The notes beneath the pieces were generated by a model. That model saw only the letters and a list, made by a program, of their open reading frames with translations, was not told the origin of the DNA and searched no databases. This document shows positions 1 through 13,417 of a stretch of DNA of 64,000 bases, piece by piece. Origin of the DNA: Lingula anatina (Eukaryota > Animalia > Brachiopoda); contig CM120644.1 of the NCBI GenBank assembly GCA_051362555.1, positions 8,936,954-9,000,953 of the forward strand, written 5' to 3'. How positions within the stretch are numbered: position 1 is the first letter of the stretch; every line of letters starts with the position of its first letter. The position numbers were made by a program, and so were the translations under genes.

Positions 1-642
1 CATTGTTTCTCCATCACCTCCTCCAAAGTCCATGATGCGTACTGGTGAAGGTATCTCCGACTGATTGAGTATGTCCCACAGTTTAGTTTCTATGCTTTGA
101 CAGGCATTTCTACTGCCTTCATATTTTCTGGAAGTAGATAAGGCACACAGATATAAAAAAACACACACTAACACCACTTCTATTATAGACTCATTCTGTT
201 TACAAAAAAATGTGAGTAAACATAAATTCCCATCTAAATTGATAATCTTAAATTTGAACTCTTGGATCGTTTTATTCCAAGAGTGTCCAATTAATTTGGC
301 AACACATATTGGTTATCTGTCATTTGATATTGCTATGGGTTATGGCGGTAAATTTTAATTATAAAGATAATGAGACATTGATATTCATTTGATGTATTAG
401 CTATTTAAAATTTTCCATTTTAACTACGCTTGTTTTGATCGTGACGTATTATCATCAAGTAAACCTCAAATAAAATTGTTATACGTGTTTTAAAACTAAG
501 CCTGATTTGTTCTTCAGAGTTTTGTTCTCATATTCGACCTGCCTTTACTCTAGTCTTCTGTTGCAGTTGATACAACATAACCGGGTATTGTTTGCTGGCG
601 TCGATAGCAATCTCTTTGCATCAGCTATAATAGAAACCTTAA

Positions 643-2772
643 GGTCGGTGATAGGGTTAAATACGCTTAAAATCGTGTTTTTGAGTTTTTTGTGTGTTTA
701 TATTAATCAAAAAAGTATCTAACGTTGGATGTAATAATTTTTATGAATTTGCATCGCAAAATGCGTCTTTTGATGAGTTTTTCAACCGGCACGCGCCCCA
801 GTCAGGCTGACAACTAAGCCACGCCTCTGTTACTAAGGGCCGTTGCCATGAGGGGGTCGGAGCACAGTTAATGAGTTATAAGCCGATTACGTGTGCGGTA
901 ATAGGTCATAAGTCTTACATCAGCTTAGCAGCGAAGAAGTCTAGCTAGTACACTATGGGGAAGAGAAAAGTTCGTGTTAAAAGTCCCTTTCCAGAGGAAA
1001 GAAGGAAAATTTTGAGAGTAAGGCCTATGCGTGGCGGTTGGGGAAAACCGGCCCTATTTGTTCAGTCGGATGACTGATTTCTGTATACCTAATAAATGGG
1101 TGAAAGAGTTAATCGAAACGTCTAAATTAATTGACAAATGAAAGAAAAATCGATAAAAACATAAATAAAAAAAGCTAAAAAAGGATACTTTTAGCCTAGC
1201 CTTTAATTTTTGCGATATATATCGTCGAGCGTATCTGCGACACGTTACGAAACCGGAAATGATTGTTGGTCGCCGTTTGCAAAAGGTAAATCTAATGTTG
1301 ACAAAATAAAATTTTATTCTCCAAGATATGATATCATGGAGCTTGAGAGACACGCGAAAAATTGTGATTTGAATGGCCAAACAAGAGAAATCCAAGCAAA
1401 GGTTGACAGCATGATTAAAACAATAAAAATAAAAACGCATGTTAGCGGCTTTGCATTTTTCGATATTTGGAGAAAAACAATTTCAAAATCACTGATCAAG
1501 CGGGAAGAAAGAGTTCAAGTGTCCAAAAATGAAAATCACAAAAAGACCCCGAGAATAGTCAAGGCTAGCAGGTAAAAAGCAAATAGGGTCTAAGTGTCAT
1601 GTGTGTAAAAATAAAATATTTATTCAAAAGCCTTCTCTCAGCCACTTTTACCGCTGAATCTTGTGCAGCTGAGCGTCTCCCCTTTATCTTAGCTGGCATT
1701 TTGAGCGAGACCGCTCTGAAGTAATCACTGGATTTTTCCGTTGATCTGACGACTACCAAGTGCCGTGCAAAATAATCCTGCAGCGTTACCCGTCAAAAAA
1801 CTCGTATCAACACAAGTGACGGACACTTGCTCTCGACACAGTTTTATCTGATCACTTTGCCGATAACAAAGAAGGAATCTCTCAGGTAAAATTACTCGAT
1901 TGCCGAGGAAGAGCCATTGAAACGTTCAAATGCAACTTCACACCTCTTAATTGCGGTTAAACGTAATCGCCTTTGTTAGCGCTTCCTTCTACATATCCTT
2001 GACACCCTACTGGGCATCACAAGGCTAGGGCCCTCTCCAGAGCTGTCAATCAAAATGGCGGCACGCTTACATGCCTAACGAGTGGTCGGAAAATGTAACA
2101 AAAGCACGATTTTCTGCCCCTTCAAAGCACTCAAACAAAATATTTTTAGATGACAATAAGCAATGGTTCCAGCTGATCGTATAACCGATAACAGGTAAAT
2201 TTGCCAGCTAAGCATTTGACTAATAAGCCCTGTTAACCAACCTGTGAACGTTTTTGGCTGTTTTAACAGCTTTCTATATTGACGAGATAAGTGAATCGCT
2301 GCCAAGTATATCTCACTATCTGAGCAACCGATCGTTACAAAAGTTGCACCTATTGTTGTTAGGAATGTGGACTACAGCATGATATCAGGGGTTTAAGAGA
2401 AAATTGTTTGTTTGAAAGATATCGCCTTTTGAAGTGAATAAGCCATTGAAATATGGGGTAATTTAACGTAAAAGATGATAAAATCAAAAGTAAATAGTTT
2501 AAGACAATTCCCTGGTACCGCGCTGAAGTGCTTTCACCCAGCTTTATGAGGCCTTTTGAATCACTTGAATAGCTGTCTTGGTTATAGAGAAAATCCCAAT
2601 ACCGAAAACGGCATTTTTCCCCTCAAATTGGCGCCAGAGCGTCATCCGTTGGACACTGTACTTAATCCCCGTCTTTAATTGGCCTTTTGGGAAGTTTGTT
2701 TTAATTTTTTATAAAAACTTATAAGCCCAGGGCTTTGTTTCTATGACTTTGGTCCTTTTACTATCACCGGCC
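643..2772. mobile_element. Non-autonomous DNA transposon with TTAA target duplication (Kolobok-like)
   Basis: ttaa|GGTCGGTGATAG at 639-654 and CTATCACCGGCC|ttaa at 2761-2776 form 12-bp TIRs (one mismatch) flanked by TTAA. GG..CC termini fit Kolobok better than piggyBac (CCY..RGG). No transposase recognised inside. Confidence 0.7.
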
Positions 2773-3363
2773 TTAAGTTAGGCAATTAAGAAGGGGCAGA
2801 GCGTGTTCGTTGAACCGTCTAATTTTGGTGTCCGATAAGGATAACTTGAGGATTCCCCTACCCTGTAATTATCATTTGGCCTCTATTGTTCGGCCATACG
2901 GGGCAGGGTTGGGAGACCATGTGGCCATTTGGTAAGGGGAATTTCAGGCGGCACTGAACGCTTTGCTTTTAAATAGGAACATTTACGTACGTGCAAAATG
3001 AGTCAAATTATAGTAACAACTGCATGTAGAAAAAAATGAGAGAACGCAGAACAACATCGAGGAAGCTCAATTTTCATTATTATAACTTAATTAATACTTT
3101 ATTAATCACCTCTATTGTCATTTATTATAAATATATATTTTAATAAAAGTGCCATTTCACGAGAAACTCAACCAAATAGCGGCAAGGTGGGGGTCAACAG
3201 ATTTTAATGAAAATTAGTGTCAAAATACTTTATATTAATGTATATATTTGGTTAGAACAAACATCTAACATCACAACCAAGTTGTTTTTTAAACGATTTT
3301 ATCACCTCCTGTAAATTGATGCCCGTTTTTCTCACCCTCCCGCCAAACCACTTTTAGATCCTA

Positions 3364-3655
3364 CCCTCACAAAAAAAAGGTGGTGCAGTAGTATCGAAGT
3401 AGCAAAGAAGCATTAACGCAGTAGTGGTGTGGAGCATATTTGCAGTAGAAATGCAGTATACCCTACTGCAATTCTACTTCAAAAATTACATAGGGTTGTA
3501 CAGAGGAGGAGCATTAATGCAGTAGATTAGCAGCATGATAGGAGCATGTTTCAAATATGCTAATTAGCTCCCAATGCGAAGCAGATTTGAGGCATATTTG
3601 CAGTATGATTGCAGTAGTCTACTGCGCTGGAGCATCTACTGCGTTTTCGTGCGGG
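3364..3655. mobile_element. Small MITE-like element rich in GCAGTAG/CTACTGC sub-repeats
   Basis: Degenerate termini CCCTCACAAAA.. and ..TTTTCGTGCGGG in a TA-rich context, with many internal GCAGTAG and CTACTGC motifs in both orientations. Confidence 0.4.
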
Positions 3656-4058
3656 ATATATATATAGACTCATGAAACTTGCCATGATTATCAACAAAGG
3701 ATAGTTCTATCAATATGAAAAATAAAAACCACTGCACCTTTCATGGGTTGGGAGATATATGCCCAAAAAAATAGAGATTTTTGACCTACTTTCTGTCATT
3801 CCTCACTGCCTGTGCAAGTGGGATGCACTTTGTCCAGTGGAATCTGTTACTGTAATAAGAAGAGTTACCCCCAAGAATATAACAAATGTATTTAAAAGAT
3901 AGTCACAAAATTTCAACATATGTTTATTTAAGTAATTTGAAGTCTTTTTAACCTGCACTTACTGATCTTTAAGCTGGCGCCACACAAGAAATGTGTGAAA
4001 AATTAGATACCTCTCAAAATGTTGTAAAAATGTAAAAAGATGGGCTAGCCAGTGCTAT

Positions 4059-4289
4059 GGGCACATTCTCAATGAAATTTTCATTCTACCTTGATCAATC
4101 CAACCCCATTGGTACTCTTGCTGAATGCAATCAGGTGGACAGATTATCAGGTCTCTTTTTGTTTCCTATGCATTCTTACAATCACCATTTTTCTGTATTC
4201 TACTCAATGCAATCTGATAGCATTCACCAAGAGTTCCACTGGAGTTGAATCGATCTACCTAGAACAAAAATTTCATTGGGAATGAGCCG
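4059..4289. mobile_element. MITE family B (PIF/Harbinger-like), copy 1
   Basis: tat|GGGCACATTCTCAATGAAATTTT...AAAATTTCATTGGGAATGAGCCG|tat with a 3-bp TSD TAT. Homologous to 14282-14550. Confidence 0.7.
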
Positions 4290-5463
4290 TATGACTGTTG
4301 CATAATGCTACCTTTATGTAATATCAACAACCCCATTAAGAATGTGTACAATGCTCCGTACTACGTTCATTTCAAACTTTCAGATACAGGGTAGATTTGA
4401 ACTGTGGTCACATCACTTATTAAGTGGGTTAGATTTCAATTCGTTTGGGAGACTGGTAGCAAGGGATCCAGTTTCCATGTCCCCCAAAAAATGGAACCCA
4501 GATCATTTTATGTACTTTTCAAGTTATTTTTTATTGAAACCCTCATTTCAGATGCAATTTAAACATTTGTTTTTATCTCTTTCAACATCTTGTTCAAAGA
4601 AAAACAAATTGCTTTAAAATAAGAAAATATATTTATTATGATTTAAAACATTAAAAGGCACCGTGTCCAATTATGAGAAATTAAAAAAACACTACATAGC
4701 CATTCAATCGACTGAAAAGTTCTAGTGCAAATACTTATACAGGGGCACATTCTACACATCTTATATTTACATTATATACATCATTGCAAGTTTTAAAAAA
4801 ACTGAACGAAAAAATTTATAATCTGCTCTTAGCAGAAGGACACTGTGCTAAATATCTACAATTTATATGGCTACAGAATAAAATAAAACTAAAAAAGCCT
4901 ATTATGTATATATGTCTTTTCATAAACCTAACATTTCATTGATCTGTTTCTTTAATGTTTGCCTCTAGAGGGCATTCTTCTTTGCTTCTTCATTATAATA
5001 CTTGAACATGAAAAATAACCAATGATTTGCTGAACACGTAGCCATGCATCCTTGTTGAACAATTTCTTGTTTGTTTTTTATTCATCATTTCTTGAAAGAC
5101 ATTAGTTGGATATTCCTTCTTTTCTGATGTAATTCCTTTCTCAAATTCACTGTGAAGAAATGACTTGACTAGAGAATCTCTTTATTCTCCAGCTTGCTTC
5201 AGTCCCCAACCAACTGGAATGCTATCTATTTTGTTTTCAGCTGTGAGCTGGACATACTGAGCGTCTGAAGAATGGGCTCCCTATCATCCCTGACTTGACC
5301 CTGGACGAATCACATTCAGATTTCGTAAATAATTCTCAACATGTCTGGTTCACTCCCCAAGCAAAATGCAACTCGTCTGATATTTGTAGGAAGGTTTGAG
5401 TCCGCATGACATCTTTTCTGCACCAAAATTATTTACTTCCCACACCCATGTCGCGCAGAGTTA

Positions 5464-6370
5464 GGGAAGACCGGGGTTAGTTGGACCCCTGGGTAAGTTG
5501 GCCCCCAGCAATTTATGAAAAAGTACGGGGTGAAAAAATTTATCACATCATTTAGTAAAGTGCCCGTAGCCGTACAAAGCTAAGGAAGTGCCGGACGTTA
5601 AAAAGTTTTACTTGGGCGGTGAGGCCAAATAAACGTTTTTTGCACCTAAAAGTATTTTAGTTTAAGAGATTGAAAAATCTATTTTCATAGGCTTTTTATA
5701 TTTGATCGAATAAAGTATAGGGGATCAGACTAAATTTACTAAAATGTATTGACGGAGTCCATTCTTGCACCATAAACGTCTGCAATCCTTAAATCTAAAA
5801 ATTCTGCACCTGGGGCTAGTGGGACCCCCATATTTACCACAATCCTTTGCGCGCAACAGAGCTGCAGACCATTGTTGAAAGAAATAATTATCAGTTTAGT
5901 TTCTTTTAAAACGAAAATTTATTACTCGTTTTCATTCAAAAACCTGCTTCATATCATTATTAATTTATTCTCAATTAAAACAAAACAAATTTTATTGATA
6001 GATATTTTGGTTCCAGCAACACATACAACGCGACGGACGGAAACCTCAATAAATCTGCCTCATTTGAACTATTTATTCATCAGAGACTCTCAAAAATCAA
6101 TCTAATAAATTAGAAATGTATAAAAAATGTATTTTAAGGCACTTACGTGGGATACTTACTTCATTTTCGTATAGGGGTCAACTTGCCCCGACCCTGGAGC
6201 CAACTTGACCCGTGGCGGGGCAAGTTGGCCCCCCTTACGCGTTTTTTGTAAAGTTGTGAGTCATCTGGCATTATATTTGAAAAATAATGACGTTGCGTGC
6301 ATAGCTTAGTTCATGAAACCGGTTTGGTTACTCTAACTCATTCCTAGTTGGCTCTATCCCCGGTCTCCCC
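5464..6370. mobile_element. Non-autonomous DNA transposon with TA TSD (Tc1/mariner-pogo-like)
   Basis: ta|GGGAAGACCGGGG...CCCCGGTCTCCCC|ta, with a repeated internal GGGGY(A/T)AGTTGGCCCC motif. Confidence 0.7.
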
Positions 6371-7924
6371 TATAAGTTTCGAACTATTTTCCTTGTCTTA
6401 AAACCAATTACAACGACGCTAATTATTCGGAAAACTGTTTAGAATTTTGTCAATTGTATTAATATAAACAAAAAGTACGATTAATAAAAATAAGGCGTAT
6501 CTTAACAGCACCATAGAAATGAACCACCGCATAACTCACCGCTCACACCCTTCATTCTAGACGTCAACCGGAACCTACGTACATGTATCCTGAAGAGGTG
6601 CAGTATTAAATTACGTAATTACAAAGCTCAAGTCCTTAACTGTTCAAAATTGCCTTATTTTATTCAAATTCAACGCCATGTTAGGCGAAATTTGCAAATT
6701 GGTGAGTGCTACATTTGGGCCTTGATTTTGGTCCCTCTTTTTACGGGCCAAGTTCGTTACTATAGCAATGTGATTGACATTTTAGTCACAGATCACCCGA
6801 AAAGTCTCGGTATGGACCCTTAGAAAAAAAGGAATAGTTAAAGCTGAAATGTCAAATCCTTCATGGAATTAACAAGCAAATTACGGCTACTTTTGTTACG
6901 ATATTTTGTGTAGTCAGGACCCCAAAATTTCAGATGGCAATATCTATTTTTTCAAAAAATTTTAGAATTTTTTAAAAGTGTGCTTTCAATATCTTTTGTA
7001 ACAGTTATCAAACACAGGAAATATTGGTTGATTCTGCCGACCTCCACCTTGCCACATTTTGGCTGATTTGGTTGATTCTCTCGTGAAATGGCACTTAACT
7101 AATTAACTCATATCAATAACTAAAAGATAAATCATTTAATTGCTATCATATTCGGACCCATGTCATAACTATCCTGAAAATTCTATCAAAATCCCTCCAT
7201 AACTTTTTTCCATTATGTTGCTAACAGACAAACTGAATAATAATCAACTAATAACCAACCATTTAATAGTCATTTAATGGACCACCACTAAATCTTACCG
7301 TTTGTCACTAGGCCCTCTCGCAACAGTTCCTGAAATTTTCATCTAATATTACCTTAACGTCAATAACTTACCCTTTGAGTAAGGTAAGAAAAATTTTGTA
7401 GTAGGCCTGTGAGAAAGTAATGGATCTGAATTCCTGCAGAAGGTCATGCCGCATCTTGTCCTCTTTATGAGATTCATTCATTTTTAAAAAAAGGTGCAGC
7501 CACGCAATATAAAATGAGCCCAAAACTCGACGATCCTGTTTTCACAACTAACTGCAGAGGTCTTAGTGGCGCCAGGGACCTCCTACCTCGGTACTGCCAT
7601 CGACAATATAAAATGCACCTATATTATGTAATATATGGGTGCTTCCAGTGGTAACAGGCTAAAGTAAATGAATACTGGTTTGCCGGTAGATTAAAAAGCT
7701 AAACATTTGGCCTTTTATTAATTTATTTATAATTATCTTTGACACAATTTATTAACTAAATTAATAATTGACTAAATCTGTAAATATAATATGTTATGTG
7801 AATTTGTATATTTTAAAATCATGGTTTCTGTTTGGAAGAAACACATTTTTCTAAATGTACATGTCACATCCTTATAAGAACCTGCCGAATTTACTCAGTC
7901 ACGTACGTAGTATAGACCATTCTA

Positions 7925-8139
7925 GACCCCATTCCCACAGATTTTAGATCACTCAATCCCTGTGGGGAGCCTCACTAGATTACTGTCAGCTTAGCCGGCT
8001 TAAATGTCTGTCCCGCCTACTAAAAGCTGTAAGGGGGTAATTAACTACCGTGCGCGCTCGGCTGATAGCAATTTAGCGTGAACCCCAAGGGAGTTAGGTC
8101 GATCTAGATGGATCGATGTAAATCCATGGGAATGCACTC
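7925..8139 (+). mobile_element. MITE family A (~215 bp, Tourist/Harbinger-like), copy 1
   Basis: cta|GACCCCATTCCCACAGATTT...ATGGGAATGCACTC|cta. Internal sequence shared with 24473-24687, 33518-33725, 40876-41089 and a partial copy at ~20215-20320. Confidence 0.8.
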
Positions 8140-8568
8140 CTAGATGCTCAAGGACAAACATATTATATTGTTGGGAAGTCGTGCTTGGAATTTCATGTCA
8201 GATGGACATACAAACGTCTAAAATTGTCACAATAATTTAAAAAAGATACATCTTTGCACAGCAGTCGTGGATCGGTACAGTTCAGTTGTCAGTTGCGAAC
8301 TACTTCTACAAGGTCCTTCAAAGGCTCTAAAACATCGTAATAATTGCAGCACACACCATAAAACACCCAAAAAATACTTAGATGTGGGCATAACAGTTTG
8401 CATACATGCAAAAATCCCACATGACAACGATTAATAGCCTCCCGGGAATTATTTTTCCCTTGACGCTCTTCGTTGCGCCGGCGGTCGGTGCAGCATATAT
8501 TTCAAAACAAATTGTCTGCAAATTAAGCACGATTTTTCACCCTTAAAATTCGTGACACGTTTTTATAC

Positions 8569-8813
8569 TGTTGCGTTCTCAATCTCAGCGACTGTAATTG
8601 TTTTTGACATAGGATTGACGCGCCGGTGGCACGCGCTAGCTAGGTCAGCGGCGCAGATTTGGTTTTCTGCTAAGCGCAGATTTGGCTCCCAGACAGATTT
8701 CTGCTAGGCGCAGATTTGGACTGTGTCCAGATTTCTGCTCTGCGGAGATTTGAGTGCTATCCAAATTTCCGTCAATGGGGAACAGGGCGGGCTGCATGCG
8801 CTTGAGCTTCTGT

Positions 8814-8890
<77 letters not shown>

Positions 8891-9039
8891 GGGAGCGACA
8901 TAACAGTCGAAGATAGTTTTGGTTTTCTGCTAAGCGCAGATTTGGCTCCCAGACAGATTTCTGCTAGGCGCAGATTTGAGTGGTATCCAAATTTCCGTCA
9001 ATGGGGAACAGGGCGGGCTGCATGCGCTTGAGCTTCTGT

Positions 9040-9108
<69 letters not shown>

Positions 9109-9357
9109 GGGAGCGACATAACAGTCGAAGATAGTTGAATAGTGTAGAGGAGCGGGATAGAAGAAGGTTGTTTTACAGTTAGTTTTAGAGTTATGCAGTT
9201 AGAGATTTACAGCCTTAGTTTAGCCTGAAGTTTGTACAAGAAAACTTTCAGTTGTCAGGAGAAATAAAGAAGACTTACAACTGATAGATGGTGGCAGCAT
9301 TTGTTTTTACTTTACATACCGATTGTGTTTCGAACAGTGAAATAAAGAAACGCAACA
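8569..9357 (+). mobile_element. Solo LTR (Ty3/Gypsy-like) with an internal tandem duplication and (TA)n tracts
   Basis: atac|TGTTGCGTT...AACGCAACA|atac: TG..CA inverted termini, 4-bp TSD ATAC, AATAAA just upstream of the 3' end. The segment ~8660-8918 is repeated at ~8919-9136, each copy with a (TA)n run. Confidence 0.75.
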
Positions 9358-9689
9358 ATACCATGCTCCTATTATTTCTACAAGTGTACTCTCCCCCAAA
9401 TGCATAAAGATAAATTGTTATCTTACCGTGTTGTTAGAAAAACTGCTTTTTTCTCCGAGTCCACGACTTTACTCCCGTTCACCTCCAGCTAAAAATGACC
9501 ACTCAGCTTCACGTCTTACACCACTACACGTCACTTCCGGCACAATTCTGATAAATTCTCGTCTCCTCCGGTACCCCTTATTGAGTGACAAATTTTGAGC
9601 AAGAGACCATTAATTAAATTACGTACAATGTATGAAGATGCCTTTCTCTAAAAGTTATGCAGCACTGCCTGTACCACTACCCTACATGT

Positions 9690-9925
9690 ACCGTCGCCAG
9701 TCCACTCGGCTTTAAATAACCCGGGCTTTCGTTTGTCGTATGCCTCGTTTTCTGGCGTATAAGTGCGAGGAAACCAAAGATGTTTTTCTTCTTCGTACTG
9801 TTCACGCATATCAGGTTTTATTACGGCTTCCAATCTATCTGCCAAAAAAGGCAATTTAGGCGGGATCTGTGTCCATTTCACAATATTGGAAATCGGACGG
9901 ATCCACGAACTTAAGCATGAAATCA
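9690..9925 (-). pseudogene. Degraded protein-primed family-B DNA polymerase fragment (Polinton/Maverick/adintovirus-like)
   Basis: Minus strand reads DFMLKFVDPSDFQYCEMDTDPA*IAF (degenerate DTDS motif C with an in-frame stop), then after a frameshift LEAVIKPDMREQYEEEKHLWFPR...YDKRKPGLFKAEWTGDG. Family assignment is from motif recall, not a database search. Confidence 0.7.
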
Positions 9926-10254
9926 TGAATGCAATGCATATACCTCTCTCTTAATGAATTACAATACTCAGCGGACCCTTGTTTGTTTACCTTTGTGTAA
10001 CGCGTTCAACTACATGTAAGTCGCATGCCATCTCTTTTTTAAGTCAATAAAAAAATGCACGGCTTTTGTTCCAATTCAAAACTAAAAAAAAACCTATCTT
10101 TCAACAACTTGTGTATACACCTGTTTTTACCAATATAAACATCTCCCTTTAAAACACAAAAAAACTTAATTATCTTTATTTTTGGAAGAAAAAAACATAT
10201 ATTTAGAGGGCCATTCAGGGCGAATCCTTTTTAAGAACTGTCAGCCTGATACTA

Positions 10255-12350
10255 TACTACTTATGTCTTTTCTCTTTATCGGGTCTGATGATAAACCCCT
10301 GCAATTTAAAATACCGATCTTTATATAACTCACAGTTACTTTTAAAGACAAATATCAAAAACTACTCTAAAGGAGAAGAGGTGCTGTCAACCTGCATGAA
10401 GGAGATAACGACAGCTTAAATAGAAATGTACGTCGTCTGTCTATATACTACTGTATATATATCCATAATATTTGTGTGTTTCTTGTTTTCTACTAATAAT
10501 TACATACGTATCTTTTTTTGCGCTTTCATGCACATACATACTCTCACACATACACTCATTCACATCTAGAAATATAGCATAATCTATCATTAAAGGGCAC
10601 AATGAATGCTTTTGTTGAGATAAGGTGAACAGTTGCTGTTTTTCTTCACCATTTGCATCTAGTATAGAATAGAGATGTGATCATCCCCGTTGTGCGGAGT
10701 CCCTTTATTTTTCATTCACCTGGGCACTGACTGTAAGAGCCCACTATCAGTGCTATAACGTAATCAGTGTCTAATATGTGATTGTCAAGAACCAGTTTGT
10801 CACACAAGTGCCGCAGGTTATTTTACGCTATACTAGTGATTGACAATGCCCTGCTATATACACGATGCTACAACTTTTACCTACCGGTAGGTTACACAGG
10901 CTACATCTGCATTTGGGTCCTTCCCAAAGCCTTAAAAGTGATTTAAACTCATTTGAATTGATGCTTTCCTTTAGTAAGTATTTAGATACTTTGTTTGTAA
11001 TTTTTTCTAAGGTAGCATCTGAGTGGAGATATGTTGTGGAGTGGATCTGAGTATTTTCTGCCTGAATTTTGTTGCTTACATTGCGCATCATTTAGTCTCC
11101 TATAATTAACATTTTTAAGTGTGTGCTTACATTGCTGGGTGCTCCTTGTGGTGGGATTGGTAGGGGTTTGTGGCTGCTGTGGCTGCTGACGGTTTCCACG
11201 TGCAATTGAGCTCCAAGTCATTTGTTGGTGCTGGAGGGGGGCAAATCTGTTGGAGGTCTGTATGGGAACCGTTCCCCTGTTGTCTATAGCAGTGTGTAGG
11301 TTTTCTATCTCACTTTTTTCCGTGTTTCATTTTCAATTTCAGTTTCGATGCTTTCAATTCTAGCGCGGAAGATGTTATCGTATCCAGTTTGCTCTGCATT
11401 TCATGGATTTGTTTGTGGAGTTTCTCATTTTCCTTTTTCAATTTTAATGTTTCAGCCTCCCTTTCTTCTTGTTGTTTTGCAAGCAGTAAATTCAGCCGTA
11501 TTTCTTCCCTTTGCTGGCTATTTTCATTTATTTCCTTACTGCCAAATGGGGACTGTTTGTAACCAGGGTGACATGTTCTATTTCATTGTACTCAATGTCG
11601 TCAAAGTCATCCAGGTCTTGGATTTGGTATGAAATGAAAGCTCAGTCTCTGAGGTAGTAGTTTCATCGCTTCTCACCGGTGTTTCAATGGGAATACTACA
11701 GGTAGGAATACAGGGGTTATCTGCATCTGCTATCATGCTCTTTTTTCTGGTATATTTAGCCTCTTCTTCCATAAGTAGTCTCAGTCGTGGAAAATCATTT
11801 GAGACCCAGTTCATACATTGAGCTCCATTGATAACAATTATGCCCCTGCTGACGTAGAAACTCATGACAGCATATGTACTGTCAACTCCATCATCATCTC
11901 TCGTGATCATTTTCAGGTGAAAACCTGAAAATCTGTTTCCTGATGAATTGGTGGAGATGAGAGTTCCATGTTTTCATATTTCCTTTGACAGTACTCTTTT
12001 GATGTCGTTTTCCAGTCATTCAGTCTGTTGAGTGAAATTTAGCATTGCAAATGACCTTTTCTTCTATCCCTGCTTGTAACCTTGTTTGATGATCAAAGTA
12101 CAGCTTCTCAGGGTTTAGAAACATTTCCTTTGCTGTGTCTTGACTATTTTGTGAGGGAGATTTTAGTGGTGATAGCTCAGAGTCATATAGAAAGTCGGGA
12201 TTCTTCACAGTTTTTACAGACCTTTTTGGTCTGGACAGTGCCATGTTTAGTGAGTTTTCTTCTAAAACTTCCAAAAGTTTATCACAAAAGTTTGATGTAC
12301 AGCAGGCTGTAGCAGTCTTGGTTGAAATAAGTAAGGATTCCAACACTGTT
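10255..12350 (-). mobile_element. Fragmented non-LTR retrotransposon (LINE) sequence
   Basis: Minus strand 10261-10320 reads IGILNCRGLSSDPIKRKDI (N-terminal APE endonuclease motif). 10870-10960 reads FKSLLRLWEGPKCRCSLC (resembles the C-terminus of invertebrate LINE ORF2), followed by AATAAA near 10705. Broken ORF1-like frames lie at 11578-12346. Confidence 0.5.
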
Positions 12351-13417
12351 TTGGAGATTTATGTTGGTAAGCGGAGGAAGTATCCTATTTTCTGTTACAG
12401 GGCCATAGCGATGAAATAACCATCGCTTGGGCATGGGTTTAGGACTGTTTTATTTTCCTAGTTTGAAACAGAGCTACATCGGGTTTCAGAAAAAGGAGGA
12501 TTAAAGGCTAATTAGTCGCAAATGAAACTTAAAATAAGTAAATAGTGATTTTTTCTAAAGAAAAGCTTATGCTACGCATCACTATAACTGCGACAATTGC
12601 CATGTGCATTTTTTCTTGGTTATCCTAACTTTGAGAGGTAGGGCTACTGTACGTGTAATAGTAATGCCTTAATGTATTTGCTCGCTTTCACAAGGTTGCC
12701 TCTTACTGTTGAGTGGAAGTTGATTAAATGGCCGGTCGAGCGATATGTTGCTCCGTTTAGGCGACCTTTTACGTGATTAAATTACGTAAAATTCAAGAAG
12801 TTGCCATTCTCTAAAAGTTACGCGACACGACCTGCATCACGTGTAGTTCACTACCCCTCAATTAAAAAGGGCCGCCTGTCATTTCATATGCATTCTCAGT
12901 TCTATAGTGCCAAGGTTTATTTACTGCTTGACTGCTCGTGGAGCCAAATATAATGAACAAATAAAAAACAAATTTCGTTTTGTCGTGATCTGCACATGAT
13001 AATGCTATGAGTCATGCTCAGCTGAAGTAACGAAAACATAACCCTACATCGTACGATATTACAACCAATCCCTAGTGCACCTTACGGTGTTGTTCTAACT
13101 ACTACACGGTTTGACTCGGGTACAGTTTCACGTTTTTTATTAACACCACCTAAACTTATATATTCTCCGTGAGTATCGAGAAACTTGCTGCAAAGTCATC
13201 TTAAAAAAGGCCACCGTGCACTATGCAGATACATCGTGTGGGATGTAGGTCAAGTTTATTTACTCCGCGTTAAAAACACCGAAATAGAAAACTAGAACTA
13301 GAAGTTGTGTCAACCACGCAGGGAACAACACAAGTACTTGCTGTCTCTCTCTAAGACTTCTTGTTACCATACAAGCAATTGACTCTGCCGGTGACGGTGG
13401 TCCTGCATGACGTGACG

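Larger units (their letters stand above)
3147..7096. mobile_element. ~4 kb TIR-bounded DNA element containing nested insertions
   Basis: AAGTGCCATTTCACGAGA...CAACCAAAT...GGCAAGGTGG from 3147 and its reverse complement ending TCTCGTGAAATGGCACTT at 7096. TSD unclear. Contains the smaller elements at 3364, 4059 and 5464. Confidence 0.55.

Noticed and set aside
1054-1575. Overlapping 121-aa and 128-aa ORFs inside the TTAA element
   Set aside because: No transposase or other motif recognised; consistent with chance ORFs.
8704-9031. ORFs with YIYIYI runs (also 44787-45005, the poly-F ORFs at 51873-52166 and the HTYI ORFs at 56368-56765)
   Set aside because: Translations of microsatellites and homopolymers.
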